DNA of 64,000 nt from Octopus bimaculoides (Eukaryota), in assembly GCF_001194135.2 (NCBI RefSeq), contig NC_069002.1, positions 37,052,886-37,116,885 on the forward strand, given 5' to 3'. This document shows, piece after piece, positions 25,101-39,958 of this stretch; the first letter of the stretch is position 1; the number at the start of each line of letters is the position of its first letter. The position numbers and the translations under genes are program-made. The notes under the pieces are model-generated. The model saw nothing but the letters and a program-made list of their open reading frames with translations, was not told the DNA's origin and did no database searches.

Positions 25101-28100
25101 CCTTCTTAACATGGCCAACCACTCTGAGAGTGTAATGGGTACTTTTACATTCCACTAGCACAGGTGCCATTTGTGTGACACCAGGGTGTGTTTACGTACC
25201 AGTTTGCATGACACTGGTATCTGCCACGACTGCGATTTTGCTCAGGTTGATGGGTCTTCTTCTCAAGCATGACATAATGCCAAAGGTCTTGGTCAATGCT
25301 TCCGTGAGGCCCAACACTTGAAAGGAACTCAGCCATTTTGCCTCTGTGAGGCTGAACGTTCAAAAGATGTTCTTTATGTGCCACAAGCATGGGTGCAAGG
25401 TTTTCTACCCAAGATGACATTTGTATTAACAACATCAATAATCACTTGGATAAAATTGTACATTCGAGCTTGATGGAATCCTCTAGGTTGTCAGATCCTG
25501 TCGAACCATTCAATCCAAACCAGCATGGAAGACAGGTGTTAAATGATGATTATGATGATGACGAGGAGGAGGAGGAGGATGGGTTGGCATTGAGAAATGT
25601 AAAAGGGTTTAAAACACAAGATGTAAATCTTAACCATGCTACACAGAGATTGAGTTTTTTTCTAGCCATTAATCTGCCTTCTTCATCAAAGAACATTTAA
25701 TAGAAAAATGAGTATTTAGGATTATAGGCCTCACATTGGAGTTATGCTAATGTTGTCTAATTATACATGGTGGTGGGGTGGGGATTATGTTCTAGGGAAT
25801 CGGGCGGACCAAAGAATTATCTCAGCAGGTTTTAAGGGAAGCAAAATAGAACAGACTGCATGTTACAGGATGATTTAGAAAGCCTATTTGGATGGCCAGT
25901 GCCACAGAAAGCTGAACGTTTAAAATGATAATATCTACTATTCATTTTGCATGTCAAGTTTTTTACCAATCTGGTATTATCTCTTATATTAATATGTCCA
26001 AGTCTTTGACAATCGGTCACTTTCTCAACTGAGCCCTTACCAAACATTTATTGCATACTGGTAAGTACCAGCACACATTGTCAGCTGCTGGCAGAGCAAA
26101 ACCCCCAACAGTTTCGATCTTGAATTGAAGCCAGTTCACTTTAGAAAGTCACAAATGTCACACTTCCCATTTTCCCTTCCCTGTAAATATAGAGTCATTG
26201 TGCCCCAGCAAAACTCTGCTTAACATTTTCTTTTACTTTTCCTCTTCAGGTGTTGTCACAGATGATGAAGTCCTGGAGGTTGGTGAAATAGAGGATACGG
26301 CTGAAGTGACAAATTTCACATCTGGTTATGACTTCTATGAACAAGTTGAAGATACAAAAGACAGTGTTTGGCTCGTACAAGTAATTGCCAGTGGTCACAA
26401 TAGCTCCTTTATCAACAATGCAAGTTGGAAAACTGTGCGGAAGAAAGTTGCCAAATTTGGGGTCAGAGCTGGTGTGATGGACTGTTCTCTTGACTGGAAG
26501 TAAGGGTCAGATTTATATAAAATTAATAATTCTATTACAATTGCATCAGAATAGAACCATAACCAGTTAGCAGTATTTCATTTCAAATAAGATGTCAAAA
26601 ATGATGTAGGTCAAGCCTCTAAGTTAAAAATTAGTTAAAAATAAATGTAGAACACATTTTATACACATACAGATACATATATATGTGTATACACACACAC
26701 ACACACGTCTGTTCTATTTACACTGCTTATGCATGTCTTTGGATTCTTAAAATAAATTAATCTTTTGTTTTTGTTTTTTTCTCATTTCAGGTTATGCAGA
26801 AATAAGGGTTGGTATTCGTCCCAAGTCATCTTATCCCTCCCTGAGAACTTTAAAACTAAAGCCAATGTTGTTATGTATGTTTACAATGGACCTGCCAAAC
26901 CTAGTTCCATGTTCAAATGGGTGAAGAATAAACTGAATCGAAAAGTGAAACAAATTGCCGACTACGATGAGTTGAAGCGAGAATGGTTGTCTTTCCAAAA
27001 AAAATATGAAATCCGAGTTGTCCTCTTCACGGAGTTGGCATCCATCCCGCTGATATTCTCGGCTCTCAGTGTTAAATTTCCAGGTCGTGTACGTTTTGGG
27101 ACTATGAATTCTAAATCTGGATCAGGAAAAGAAACTCTAGCTCGTCTGAAACTAAAGCCTCCTGCTTGCTTTGTGATAGCCCCTGGCAAAACCCTTGTTT
27201 ATGGCTCACGGCCAGGTGAATTGTTGACGTTTCGATCAATGGAAAATTTTCTCAAGTCCTTATATCCTGAAGTGAATGATTTCTTTATTTTAAGTTTGAT
27301 TGTTACCAATTTAATGGGTTGGTTTGAATTGTTTCTCAGTCAAGGAAGTGCGTTTCGACGACTGCTCCGCCTTATCTGCTGTTGTATTAAATACAATATT
27401 GTCCTTATTATCTTGTGGCAGCCTTTGCTGGCATTCTTTCAGTTGTCTTATTTTGAAATACTTTTGGAATGGGGTTTGCTGGCCTTGCATTTCCTCAGCG
27501 GCTCGTCCATTGGAAGCATCATTCGGAAAGATCTCATTTTTTACAGTAACAGCCGATATCTACTTTTAGGGACATTTTTCTTGTATTCTTTACTGGTTGG
27601 ATACATCCAGTACAAACGGAAAAATGGTATGATTGACGAAGATGAATTCGATTGGTTCAACTTTGCTCAGCTGTTAAACTTTAACCCCTTGTTAAATCCG
27701 TCTTTCCAAATAGTACATCCAGGGGGCTTGTACGCGATGTATCTGCTGGAAAGCAGTGACATGTTATTCGGACACTTTCCTGACTTAGTAGTCACTGAGA
27801 TGCAATCTGTGGTCTCCAGTGACTACATTAAACACCTACCTCGATGGAAATATGGCAGAGTACTTAACCACAATGACAATTCAAAGCTAAAATGTTTTCA
27901 TAAAGATGATGTTGAAAATTTAATTGCTACACCAAATCATGGATTTTGCTCAGGTTCACCAGATTTTGAATCCGGGGATGACCCTGCAATTCAAATGATG
28001 GACGGAAATTACTGCTGTGGTTGTATGCAAAGGAATGCAGCCTCCTCTGAATCTTTTGTTTCAACTTCACCTCCACCAGATCTGTCAGAAGAGCAGCAAT

Positions 28101-28486
28101 CTCATAAATCGAACGATGATGGCTGCTGTCCCTTACACAAAAGAAAACATTCTTCTGCCTTGAGTGCAGAGGAATGCAAACACAATTCTCTCTGTTCTGC
28201 ATTCTCAAAGGCCAACGCTAGAGAAGCAAACCATCTTGTCTGCTCTGAAAATTACAAGTTGGTGCCTGATGGTTTTCTACAGACAAGCCAATGTGTGATA
28301 TGTTTGGAAGATTTTGTAATTGGTGCGGACATCTGTGGCCTTCCCTGTGCTCATTTCTTTCATGAATGCTGTATATTACGTTGGTTGTATAGAATGAGTT
28401 ATGCATGCCCCATGTGTCGGTGGCTGTCTTATAATCCGAAACCGGGCTTGGACTTGTGTGAAATTTTCTCTGCAGTTCCTAACTAA
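21505..28486 (+). CDS. RNF103: E3 ubiquitin-protein ligase RNF103 (Kf-1), ~723 aa
   Basis: Exons 21505-21730, 26250-26499 and 26791-28486 are in phase. The N-terminus MWVRIVLLIIY...DPMTLSVKKLKALLEQRG, the motifs EDTKDSVWLVQV and PEVNDFFILSL, TM segments and a C-terminal RING-H2 (CVIC...CAHFFHECC...CPMCRW) match RNF103. Confidence 0.95.
22106..22235. repeat. 25-bp perfect inverted repeat around a (TA)n tract
   Basis: TGTGTACACCACATAAGTTAGTGAT (22106-22130) and ATCACTAACTTATGTGGTGTACACA (22211-22235). Confidence 0.85.
22790..23745. repeat. Foldback-like element with ~130-155 bp internal repeats in opposite orientations
   Basis: The unit core TTGTTTCCTCATAA..AGAAAAATG occurs at ~22797, 22949, 23078 and 23234, with inverted copies at ~23500-23568 and 23660-23728. 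Confidence 0.65.
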
Positions 28487-31400
28487 ATGTAACAACAAAT
28501 GCAGTTACCATTTTTTTATTATTATTATTATTCTATTTGACTTTGGCGAAACAAAAGGACTTTGGTCGTATATTCTTATTTTCTGTTATTATAATAATAA
28601 TAATAATAATAATAATTATTATCATCATCATTACTTTCAGGGTTTCTCCTTAGTCTTAGGAGTGGCTAAATAACAGCGGCTTTTGAATAACAACAACAAC
28701 AACAACAACAATAATAATAGAATTCTTATCAAGTAAGAGTAAGAAAACAAAATTGTTCTCGTCTAAGTTTAGAGTTGGGATTTATCACCACTGCCTGTTT
28801 TCTCTTTCTTTCATACATCAAGAGTTAAGCTTCAATAGCATTCTTTCAGTAGGAACAGTCATTTTGATGGCACAGCCAACAGTTGTGTGCTTTCTCTGCA
28901 TTTCGACAGTAAGGCCTTTGAAAGCTTCATTTCTTTAAAATAGCCATCAAACATGGAGACCAACTAGACATTACTGTCACTCTTCTTCTTCTCATAAATG
29001 ATATTTGCTTTGCTACAATTTAAACATTTTGGTTTCCAATTGTAGAACATTCTGTTGTTCTTCAGCTTTATAACATTCCCAGTCATTAGGTATCTTTCCC
29101 CCCACACCCTCCCTGTCAGAATAAAAGAGGTTCTCTCTAACTTCTAACACAAAGAATTTAACAGTAAATATGTGGTTAAGAATATTAGAACCTTGTTTTA
29201 GTTTAGAAACAACATACAACAGTTTAAAGCTTATCTCAAAAATGTAATTTAGACATAACAAGATATTTGTTCTCCCCTTTTTTTGAAATGTTATTTTGTT
29301 AAATATTAGACTTTCTTTAGGTAAAAACTGAAATTATGTATAAAGAATATGAATGCATCTTTTTTTTTTTTTTTTTTTTTTTTTCTTATTTAAGATAGAT
29401 TAGTTAATTAGCAACTGTTAAACTTTTACTTTTTTCAGATTTAAACCGTTTGCCATTTTGACCAAACCAGAATGCTATTGTGACCAGTCTTTAATTTTGA
29501 TGTGATAAAGATGGATAATTTCTTTTAAAAATGGATTTTTAAAATTAATTTTGCAAATGTCAAAGGATGTTATTGTTACATTCCAAAGCTTAGTTACAGA
29601 AGGATCTTATCTCTTGCTTTCCCTCTTAAAATATCTCTTGTTGTGAAAGACAGTATTCTTATGAAGTGTCAGTGAAGCTGTATCAACAATTCAATTGGTT
29701 TTATTCTACTTCTCTGCCATCATCTTATAAAGAGCAAGGATAGCTCCACTTGATAGGACAGCAGCAAGCTAACTGGGAGTTTAAGTTTGTGTTGCCACAG
29801 CATTACATTCTGTCTATTGCAAAGACATTTCATTCACCCTGGCCACTGAACTCTGAGAAGTACTGCAGGATATAGACCACAGTTACATTATACTGTTGCT
29901 CCAATAAGGTACTGCATGATGGTATAACCAAACCACGCTCAAACCTCTACGCTATAAAATTGTTGATTTGCAGTACTGAATTCAATTCCTCCCATGAGAA
30001 CAGTTATTTGCAAATAGACTGGAATTTTATCCAAGGAAAGATTATTTCTCTTTCATTCACTTCATGCCACATCATCTGGAGATAAAAAACATCAAACCCT
30101 GTAGATCATGTATGTCTGAGAAAGGATAGCAGTTACACTTAATTAAGCAAACAAAAATGTTTTAAAGAGTTGCGGCTATCAAGGTGATAGTTTATTGACC
30201 TACCGTCCAAAAGTGTTGATGTTTTATATCTTGTCACCAATATTCTATTCTGTTCCTGGGAGGAAAAATAAAAAAGTACTTGTCTATCACTGGCTGAGTT
30301 TGTGAGTATGTAATTCACCAGTGTTAGCATAGTATAATTCATGAGTGTTTGGTTACCTTGCAGTGCTGAGGTCGACAAAACATCTGAGAGTAATGAAGTT
30401 AGTGTTCCAATGTCCTCTTTCTTAAATTGTGATTCTGATGAAGATTAAGTTTACAATAGTGCCCTCATCACCCAACTGTTTTATGTGATATTCCTGAAAA
30501 ACGTCTGTGACTATTAAATAAATAGTGGATACAATTAAGACTTGAGAAGATAATTTTTGATGTCTCTTTATGAGACTTTCTCACAAATGCTATACACCAT
30601 AATAACTAGGGCCAATTTTATGGCCCCCTATTACAGGGCAATGAATTATTTAATATTGTATCATGTAACATACCCTACCATGGCTGCACTCCCTTTTCCA
30701 GTGGATCAGGAATTCTCAGTATTGCAAACTCTGTAAATAACAATTCTATCTTCTGGGCAGAGACAAGACAGATATTGACAGTTTCTTCTATTTCATAGCA
30801 TGGCTAGTGGTATCACTACTATTGCAAATAAAATAGTTTCTTATGAAAGCAAGTTTCTACTTTGAAATATTTCTTTTTTAAATCAGATTTGTATTACAGG
30901 GTGTAACAAGACAGTTCCGAGACCACCCATCGATCACTCATTTTGATTGTTCTTAGGAACTGAATTGACTCCTGATTTTATTTAAACTAAACTGGTTTGG
31001 TTAATCATAGAAAAGAAAAAATACTTTTATAGAAGTTTAAGGAAGATAATGTTATTAATATTAAGGTTAACAAATAAGCAGTGAGCTTGTGTAATTGTTA
31101 GCACATCAGACAAAATGCTTTTCTTTTTTATTTTATTTTGCAGCTCCTTATGTCCCACCAAGCCAAACTTTGCCTTTCATTCTTCTAGAGTTATAAAATA
31201 AATACCAGTTGAGCACTGGGGTCGATGTAGTCAACCAGTCCCTCCCCACAGGGTGGATAAAAGCAATGGGTTTGATGCAATTGGCTAGCCCACCCTCCAA
31301 AACTTCCAGCCTTATACCTACAGTAGAAAGAATATGATGGTTAGCAAGTACTGTTGTGTTGCCGATTTCATTGGGCACGGGGTTGGCTCAATCATGCATT

Positions 31401-32639
31401 ATTTACCAAGGGGTTTACTGTAATTAACAATTATAGCTGAGTTAACAAAATTTTGCTCCACTGAAAAATTAATAACTACATTGTGTTCATGGAGAAGGCT
31501 CTTTATTTTTACTGACCCAGTTGAACAAATAAATCAGATGGTGTGACACAGTTTGGGAGATGGATTCTGAATGTCTGTTTGTTCCCCACCACCACTTGGT
31601 AACTGGTGTTGGTTTGCTTACATCCCTGTAATTTAGCAGTTCAGCAAAAGGGGCTGATAAAATAAGTACCAAGCTTAAAAAGAAAACAAGTCCTGTGGTT
31701 GATTTGTTTGATTAAAATTCCTTAAGGTGGTGCTCCAGCATAGCCACAGCAGAAATAAGATAAAAAGATATACAGAAAGGTAATAGAAAGGGAACTAATG
31801 CCAATAATTCACAGCTAAACTGAAAACTTTGAAACTAGAAATTTCTGTTTGAGGTGAGTTGTGACATTTGTCTTCCCAAAGTAACACAAGTGGAGTGAAA
31901 TGATCAAAGTGGGAATTTTTATCATCACTTAACTGAAATGTCTGTTTTCCATACTGGAATGGGTTGACCAGAGTTGTACCAGGTTCCAGTCTGATATGGC
32001 ATGATTTCTCCTTCTGACCTAATGCCAACCACTTTACAGTGTGGGATGTAAGTGCTTTAAACATGATACTGGCACACGGTTCTTGCAGGACAATCCTCTT
32101 TATCGAGGGATGTGGGTGGCATTAGACAAAATTAGTTGGCTTTCTGCTTCCTAAAAGTTTCTAACGTAAAGTACAGATACATGGGGATAGAGAGAAGTTT
32201 CAACAATGTTTGACCCAAATATTTTATGTCCTCAGGTCTGGTGATGTAAGACTTAGCAACAATTTGTCAAGGCTGAACAACATTCCTTTTCAGTATATAC
32301 AACTTTATTTATAGAAATACTTAAATGATTTTTCCAAAGTTTCAAATTCCCCAACCCCAGCATCAAAAAAAAAAAAAAACTTATTAGATACAGAACTGAG
32401 ATAAGATTGCGTATATGAATTTTATTATGTATATATATATAATTTTATATGTAATGTAGGAACAAGACATAACAGTTTAATCAGTTCTTTTATTACTAGG
32501 CCACAGATTACGTACTGAGATTGGGATTGAACCTACAAAGAGGAAAATTCAAATGTAGGAGCAGAAAAAAATTGAAGGAAATTAAATGGCTGATGGGAAA
32601 CTTGAGGCAGAACAAGATACAGAGATTGGTTTTGAAATG

Positions 32640-35600
32640 TTACTTTTTCCCATCTTTTTTCTCTTCTTTCTTCTTATCCTCTTCGGGTTTGGTTAAAGAA
32701 GTCATAGCATTCCTAATGGCTTCACTCTCTGGGTCAACACCCGGTAAATTTTCCAATACACTTTGAACAAAAGCTGGGTCATTCATAACTTCTGAATAGT
32801 CATCTTCCTCTGCCTGCATAAGTAAGCAGAAACATAAGAGGTTTGTTAAGATTAAAAAGAAAATAATAAACTCTCTTTCTCTCTGTGGAAACATTATTTC
32901 CATACGCATCTAGAACACTTCCTCAGCATCAGTAGAAGTCTGGCAATGTCCTTGGGTTCTAAAGAGTGCTAATGGAGCACACTGTCAATACTGTAGACTG
33001 AGCAGAGTGGCAGCAAAAGAATGGTACAGTTCTGAATTAAATGTCTTAGGATACTTAGATTTATGAATTAACATTGTGAGTGGTCATCTGTTGGGATTGA
33101 TTGATTAGACTGATGCAATCTATAAATAGATTGGGACAGCTTTTCTACCCAGAATTCTTTGTTATAGAATTTGTGTAGAGCAACAGAAGGAGAAGAGGCA
33201 TGAGAGATTTAATCGAAGAGTGCGGGGAACAGTGGTGGACTGTCGAGTATTACCACCTGGCACTGGGGGCTAGAGGATTCATTGAAAGGAAAATGGCAAC
33301 GTTATTTAAAAGAAGGTTTGCATTTTTGAGCTCAGAGCTGAGAAAAGTAATAAGGATACAGGAGGAAGTTGACAAAGCCAGCTTCTATAACTGAAACGAG
33401 AAGACCCGAAATGGCTCATAAGCCATAACATGCTGGCTGAGAAAAAGCATTGCTAGATGAAGCTGGCTGGCCCTTAAGCAGCGTTGCTGTTTGACAGTTG
33501 TGCCAAGGGATCAACCTCATTCATTGCACGCCCTACTCCTTAATGGTTTGAAGGATTGTACCATCAGACAGCTAGTTGGCCCTGGCTGCTGGAATTGAAA
33601 CTAACACGATGCTGTTGGAAAGTAGGTTTAGAGAGGGCNNNNNNNNNNNNNNNNNNNNNNNNNNNNNNNNNNNNNNNNNNNNNNNNNNNNNNNNNNNNNN
33701 GCGTCCTTCCCCTCCATTGGCCAGTTGAAGTTTAGTGTCATGTGACAGTTAGCTGGTGCTGGCTGTTAGAGCCTACCGGCGAGTGTTTAAGAGGGGAATT
33801 TGGCATGATGGTCATTTGCCCACTGACATTTGTTGATGCTGCATTGAAGAAACCAAAGAACAAAAGGCCAAAAGAAAAAACACATTCAACACCAGAGCTG
33901 AAGACAGCTCCAAAAGTCGGGGAAGGGAAGATTGGGGGCTAGGGGCATCGCCATGTAAATGGTAGAGGAGTAGGGGCCGAAACTGGACGTGGATCCTATA
34001 AAGCAGCTGTTGAGGTATCAAATCACGAAATGTGATTGGAATTCCTAATGGATATAAGGAAAAAGATATTTTGCAATAAGACTTTGTTACCTTTTTTTCA
34101 GATTCATAGCCAGCAGTCTCCATTGGAGATGGGGCATCCACATCAGTAACACCTGGAACAATAAACAGAGGTGGATGTATAAACAAGAATCCTACAATCA
34201 AGTGTGTATGTGTGTATCTATATGTAGTAAACCCTTATTTTAATGGATTTAAAGAGAGAGAGAAAAGACTGCAGTTGTACGATCAAGTAATAATGTGTAT
34301 GAATGAAGACAGCTGCAGCAAGAAGTTCCCGATCTTGAATTGTCGAGAGAGCTAGAATGGGTTCTGATCACAGGTCTGTTTATTGAGGGTTGACCCAGGC
34401 TAATCCTCAACAAGTTATTGTTCCTGGGAATAGAGAAGCATGGAATTACCTGGATTCTGCAACGACATCTGCATAGCATATGCAATTTGTTCCTCTTCAC
34501 TCATCGAAGAAATATCTGGAACAATGTTGGCAGCAGGGACAGCTGGGAAATCAGAAACTGTCTTGGTTGCAGCGGCAGAGGGAAAAGCTGAACCTCCACT
34601 AGCAGGGTTTTCATTTTCTATCACCGACATCTTGAGAGCACGTTCTAATAATGCTTCATCTGTAGTTGCTGTAAGCATAAAGATACACATCTAATATAAT
34701 CATTTCCATTCAATATTCATATCAGTGATCAATCAAAATGTATTTAAAGACAGACTGCAAAATATTGAATAACAGAAAAACATTAAAAAAAAAACCCTCA
34801 GCCAGTTATGAATATTTTTTTTTGTATGTTACATGTTACCTTCAATATTATGTTAAGAGAACCTTCACTCGCATACTAATATTAAAATGCCAAAAAATCC
34901 TGGATGGAAAACAGTTTGCAAAATCAAAGTCCAAACAAAAATTCTTTGCTCGAGTGAATACTTTCAACATTCACAAAACAAATACAATTCCATGGGTCAT
35001 CCTTAGTTGCCATAACAGTTTTGGATATCAATCTGCCTGAGACCGAACCAAGTCACAAGTTCTATCACACAAAACCAACAAGTTTTGTAGTGCTCATATC
35101 TAATTAAAAATCACACACACACACAGAGGCTTCTTTCAGTTTCTGCCAACCAATCCACTCACAAGACTTTGGTCCACCTGGGGCTAAGGCAGTCACTCCA
35201 GGCATCACACTTCCGCAATACAAACAGAAATATTGGTTTCAAATCTTGGCACAAGGCCAGCAAGTTCAAGAGAGAGAGGTTAAATCAATCACATCATCCT
35301 CAGCGCTCAACTGGTCCTTATTTTATCGGCCCCAAAAGGATGAAAGGCAAAGTCGACCTCAGAATGTAAAGACAGATGAAATGCAAGCTCAGTATTTTGA
35401 CGATTGCACTAACGACTCTACCAGTTCACTGCCTTACACAAACAGAAATATTAATTAAACAAGGTTGTTTACCTGTAGTTTCAGCTGACTGCATTTCCGT
35501 GTCCTGAATTGGAGCACTTGCTGCTTTCCTGGCTTCATCTTCCTGTCGAGCTCGTTGTTCTTCCATCGAGACTCTCAAAGCCTACAAACCAAAATTAAAA

Positions 35601-38434
35601 CGGATTTTCATAAATGAAACATTTTTACATCAACAACAGAAGAAAAAATTACAGCTGAGAAATCAAATTCCCAAGCTAAAATAATTATTTTCAGATGTGA
35701 TACAATCAGTTGCATCTAATAAACTTCTGCATGTTTCAGAACTATTTTACAACTGTACTTGTTTCGATATCAACATTAGAATTCATACTTTGCAACAATT
35801 ATGAGGTAAGACACAGAAATGGTTCTAGCTAAAATACAGGTGCCACAGTCAACACCATTTAATGTCTACTTTAACAGCTGCTTCTGAAGGACAAAAACCA
35901 TGTTACACAGTGTAATCACAGCTATGAAATAATGAAACTGGAAGTCCCATCAAAGTCATGCACAGTTAATATTTCATTACATGAATAGTGATTAAAAGTC
36001 ATTCAACACAGGTGAAAAAATAAACGAATGTGATCAAACTCACCAAGGCTAATTCAGGATCTTCGTTGGGATCAACTCCAAATTCATAACTAACAATGTT
36101 TAATCCAGGAGCTGCACCATCTTCACCGACAACAATGGCAGAAGACGAAAGAGCATCAGACAACATGGGACCAGACGGTACCGTTAAAAGATGGGAACTG
36201 GAAATATGTGAATAGTTCTGTGAGAATGGGGATTTAGTAGAAAGATTTAATTCACTGTATCAAGTAGAATACAAGTCATTTATGAACTTAGTGTGTAACA
36301 GTTTAGTTCCTGACTGTAGCCATTGAAGACTTTAATTAAATTCATTAACATCAAAATATCGGATAAATAGACATTTGCCCTGATTGAAAAACAAAAACAA
36401 AAATAAGTAGATGTCTGTCTTTCTTGGCAATCTCCTTGTTTGCTAAGAATTTTGTATATTAAATCACTGCTTCTTTAGGGAGGTTTTAAGGAACCTCAAA
36501 GCTTTATGAAAAAAATTGTGGGGGTTGCACAAGATAAATGCCTTTTAATAAAATTTAATACAAAATGGTATTCATCACTTTCAAAATAAATATGGTGTGG
36601 TTCCTACAATTTTTGGAACTGCTGTATTAAATGACAAAAATCAATCATGGAACACGAATAAAGGAAAAATGCATTATTGGAGGCACCGAGGAGGTATCTC
36701 CAACTATGTATTTGCTATTTACAAATGTTTTGTTAACTGAGAAGATATTTCCTTAGCTATGGAAAATGCAACTGAAAACATATCTAGTTTAACTTGCCAA
36801 GGAAATAGATGATGCGTTTTCAGAAATAATCACCCATAGATGGATACCTCTGCTATGGAAAAAAATTAAACAAATATGTCACATTTGTTTAAGATAAATA
36901 AGAAAATAATAATTACAATAACAAGTTGAATTGAAAATATTGATTTCATTTGATTAGAATTAAGGTTAATTTTTCTATAAGATTTTATATAAACTCCAAT
37001 ATATTTTATCAATAGCATCCATTTTCCACCAAAAGTAAAAGACATTGATGACCAAGGCAGCATTTGAACCTGAAACCAATTGGTACAAATCTAACTATTC
37101 AAGTGCTTCTGGTTCAGAAATATAACTTTGGTAGAAGATCAAACTACTCACCTGGTGCCATCTTTACCATTTATTGTATTAATGAGTGCAGTTAATTTCT
37201 CAGTGTTGATAGCCTTCCGATGAGTAAGAAGAAAAAAAACAGAAAAACAAAGAAATAAATTTTAAGTTCCAGAATGACATGAAAATAAAAAATTGTTGAT
37301 TTATTTTTCTATAGAAACAGAATATTAAATAATAATTCAGCCAAAATATTCTACTTGCTTTCTGTCTAAAGCAGCCATATCCAGCCCCTTACACCTACCC
37401 TACAATGTCATTATAAAAACAATCATCATAATCTTTTATTTGACAGAGGAATCTGAAATGGTAATGGGTTCAGGCACTAACGTATAAGCAGGTTAAGAAG
37501 TCGCATGAACTATAATAGTTTCAAAGTTAATGCAGGATTAATTTAGTCATGCATTAAATTAATAAATGTATGATTAATTTAAAACAATATGAATAAATAA
37601 ACATTTACATTTGACAAAGTAATCTGAATGCTAAACGATAAAAGTCCCTGCAGGGATCAAAAAGAAGTTGCTGAGGTAGATTTTTCTGCAGCTGTCTACC
37701 CCTCCTGTCCATCAGTCCTTGTGCCTGTTTCTAAGCAAGGTGATCTCTCTTCCACTGGCTGGACATGCTTTCACAGAAGACTGGAAACAAGGGACTCAGT
37801 TTGTATATTTGTGGCACTCGTGTAATATCAAAACAAGGAGACACACGACAAGTACCTTCCAGTTTCCATCTACCAAATCCCATCACAAAGCATTGGCCAG
37901 CCCAGGGATCTAAAAGACTCTCACCTAAGGTGCCATACAGTCAGGCTGAATATGAACCCAGCCACTTCTTAACCCACACCTAATACAAAATATATAAAAG
38001 CAAATAAACCCAGTAACTCACTTCTTCTCCAAAATTCACAACATCAACATTCACTTTTTCTTTTTTCAATTTTTTACCAATTTTCACAAGCTGAAAGAAA
38101 GAGAGAAAATAGAAATAATACATTTCTAAATCTCTCAGAGAGATTTATACAGTAGTAACACGATAAAGTGGTGGTATGTTGTCAACTTAATGTGACAGTC
38201 CCATGAAAGGGAAGAATACTATTTATGCTTCTAGGAAGAAGCTATTTAGCCTTAGGAAGCACTGCTTCCTGTCGGCCTTGACACAGGGAATGGGTCAAAG
38301 CCGACAGGAAGCGGTGCTTTCTAGGGCTAAATAGCAGTAGTATGCTTCCCTTTCATGAGACTGTCACATTAAGTTGACAACATACTACCACTTTAAGAGA
38401 GAAAATATCAGTCTTGTAAATGGAATGTGGCTGA

Positions 38435-38468
<34 letters not shown>

Positions 38469-39675
38469 GCCCTGATGCAGTATTTGAATTGGCAATCATA
38501 TAAACAGCAGGTACAAATGACCTTTATAATTGTATTTTACTTATTTTAGACTCAAATTTATATCTAATTCAGATAACAGTAAAATATTTTAGTTTGTTTC
38601 TTGTTTTTTGGTTTAGTCATTTACTTAACGTCCCAAAGAGACACACAAGCAAAATGGTAGGAATACAACCATATTCAACTTGTCCCTTTTTCTTCTCTAG
38701 GCTCTTCTTTTTTTATTTATTCTTCAGTCTGATGAAGCTCCATGTTTCAGATCGGTTTTATTACCAAACATGATAAATATTTTTAGCATATCAGTGGCAA
38801 TACCATACAACATAGGAAGCAGAAACAGCTTTTAGATGGGATGCAGTCTATTTGTATTGAATTAATAAATAATAATTAATGCAAGTCAATTGTTGTTCAT
38901 CGATTTCTCCATTTTCTGTCTTCTTTAAATTTCTTTTTTATATTTATTTAAATTACTCTCATTGGATAGCAGTCAAAATAACAATGATTTTTATTTACAA
39001 ACATCATCGTTGTTTAAACTCCAATAAACTCTGTCTGGTCTATGTTTGCATGTGCCAGATGGAGTTTATAGATGTAGACTTTCTACGGATGAATGCGCCT
39101 TGTTGCCAAACCTCACTTGCTTCCAAGCAAGGTAATATTTCCTTATGAGCTGATAGGTTTTTTTGGCAGAATATTGGAAAGGAATGACACTGTTTTCTGT
39201 ATCTAAGAAGAGATAGACAGATGCAGATTTTCTTCTAGCGTTTTAATAATGAAATGCAAAAACACATCTAAATTTATATGTTGGTGTATCTCATGTAATA
39301 CAGATTTCTAACATAAACACTAAAAATTTTGAGGAATGGGTATCAAATGTTTAACCCAGTAAATGGTTATTTTAATTGACCCTGGAAAGATAAAAAGCAA
39401 AAGCCAACCACAGACGAATTTGGAATGGAAATCAACATGAAACTAAATATTGTTGAGTATTTCATCTTTTGTTCTACTGATTCTTCCAAACCATCTCACT
39501 TCCAAACTATTGGTATAGGACCATATAAACAACAAATAGTTTAAAAGAAGAACACATGTAAAACAATACCTCTTTTTCATCATCTTCAATAGGGCTGGCC
39601 ACAAATATTACAATTCTCATTTTATGGTTTCTTCCTTGACGATGTTTGAGAGCCAACTGCAACAAAAACAACAGC

Positions 39676-39707
<32 letters not shown>

Positions 39708-39920
39708 CTTCAAATTTTGGCTCAAGGTCAGGAATTTGGGGAACGGAGTAAGTCAATATTACATTGACCCCAGAACTCAACTAATACTTATTTTATTGAC
39801 TCCAAAAGGGTGAAAGGCAAAGTTGACCTCAGCAGAACTTGAACTCAAAACATAAAGATGGACAAAATGCCTATAAGCATTTTGCCCCGTGTGCTAATAA
39901 CTCTGCCAGCTTGCTACTTC

Positions 39921-39958
<38 letters not shown>

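Noticed and set aside
28500-32640. Hidden gene, snoRNA or SECIS between RNF103 and PSMD4
   Set aside because: Only UTR-like AT-rich sequence and SINE/LINE fragments were seen, with no coherent box pairs, SECIS fold or spliced ORF.
37214-37240. U12-type intron at the unusual PSMD4 acceptor (TCGGAAG)
   Set aside because: The upstream donor is GTGAGT (U2-type) and there is no GTATCCTT. It is simply an AAG acceptor.
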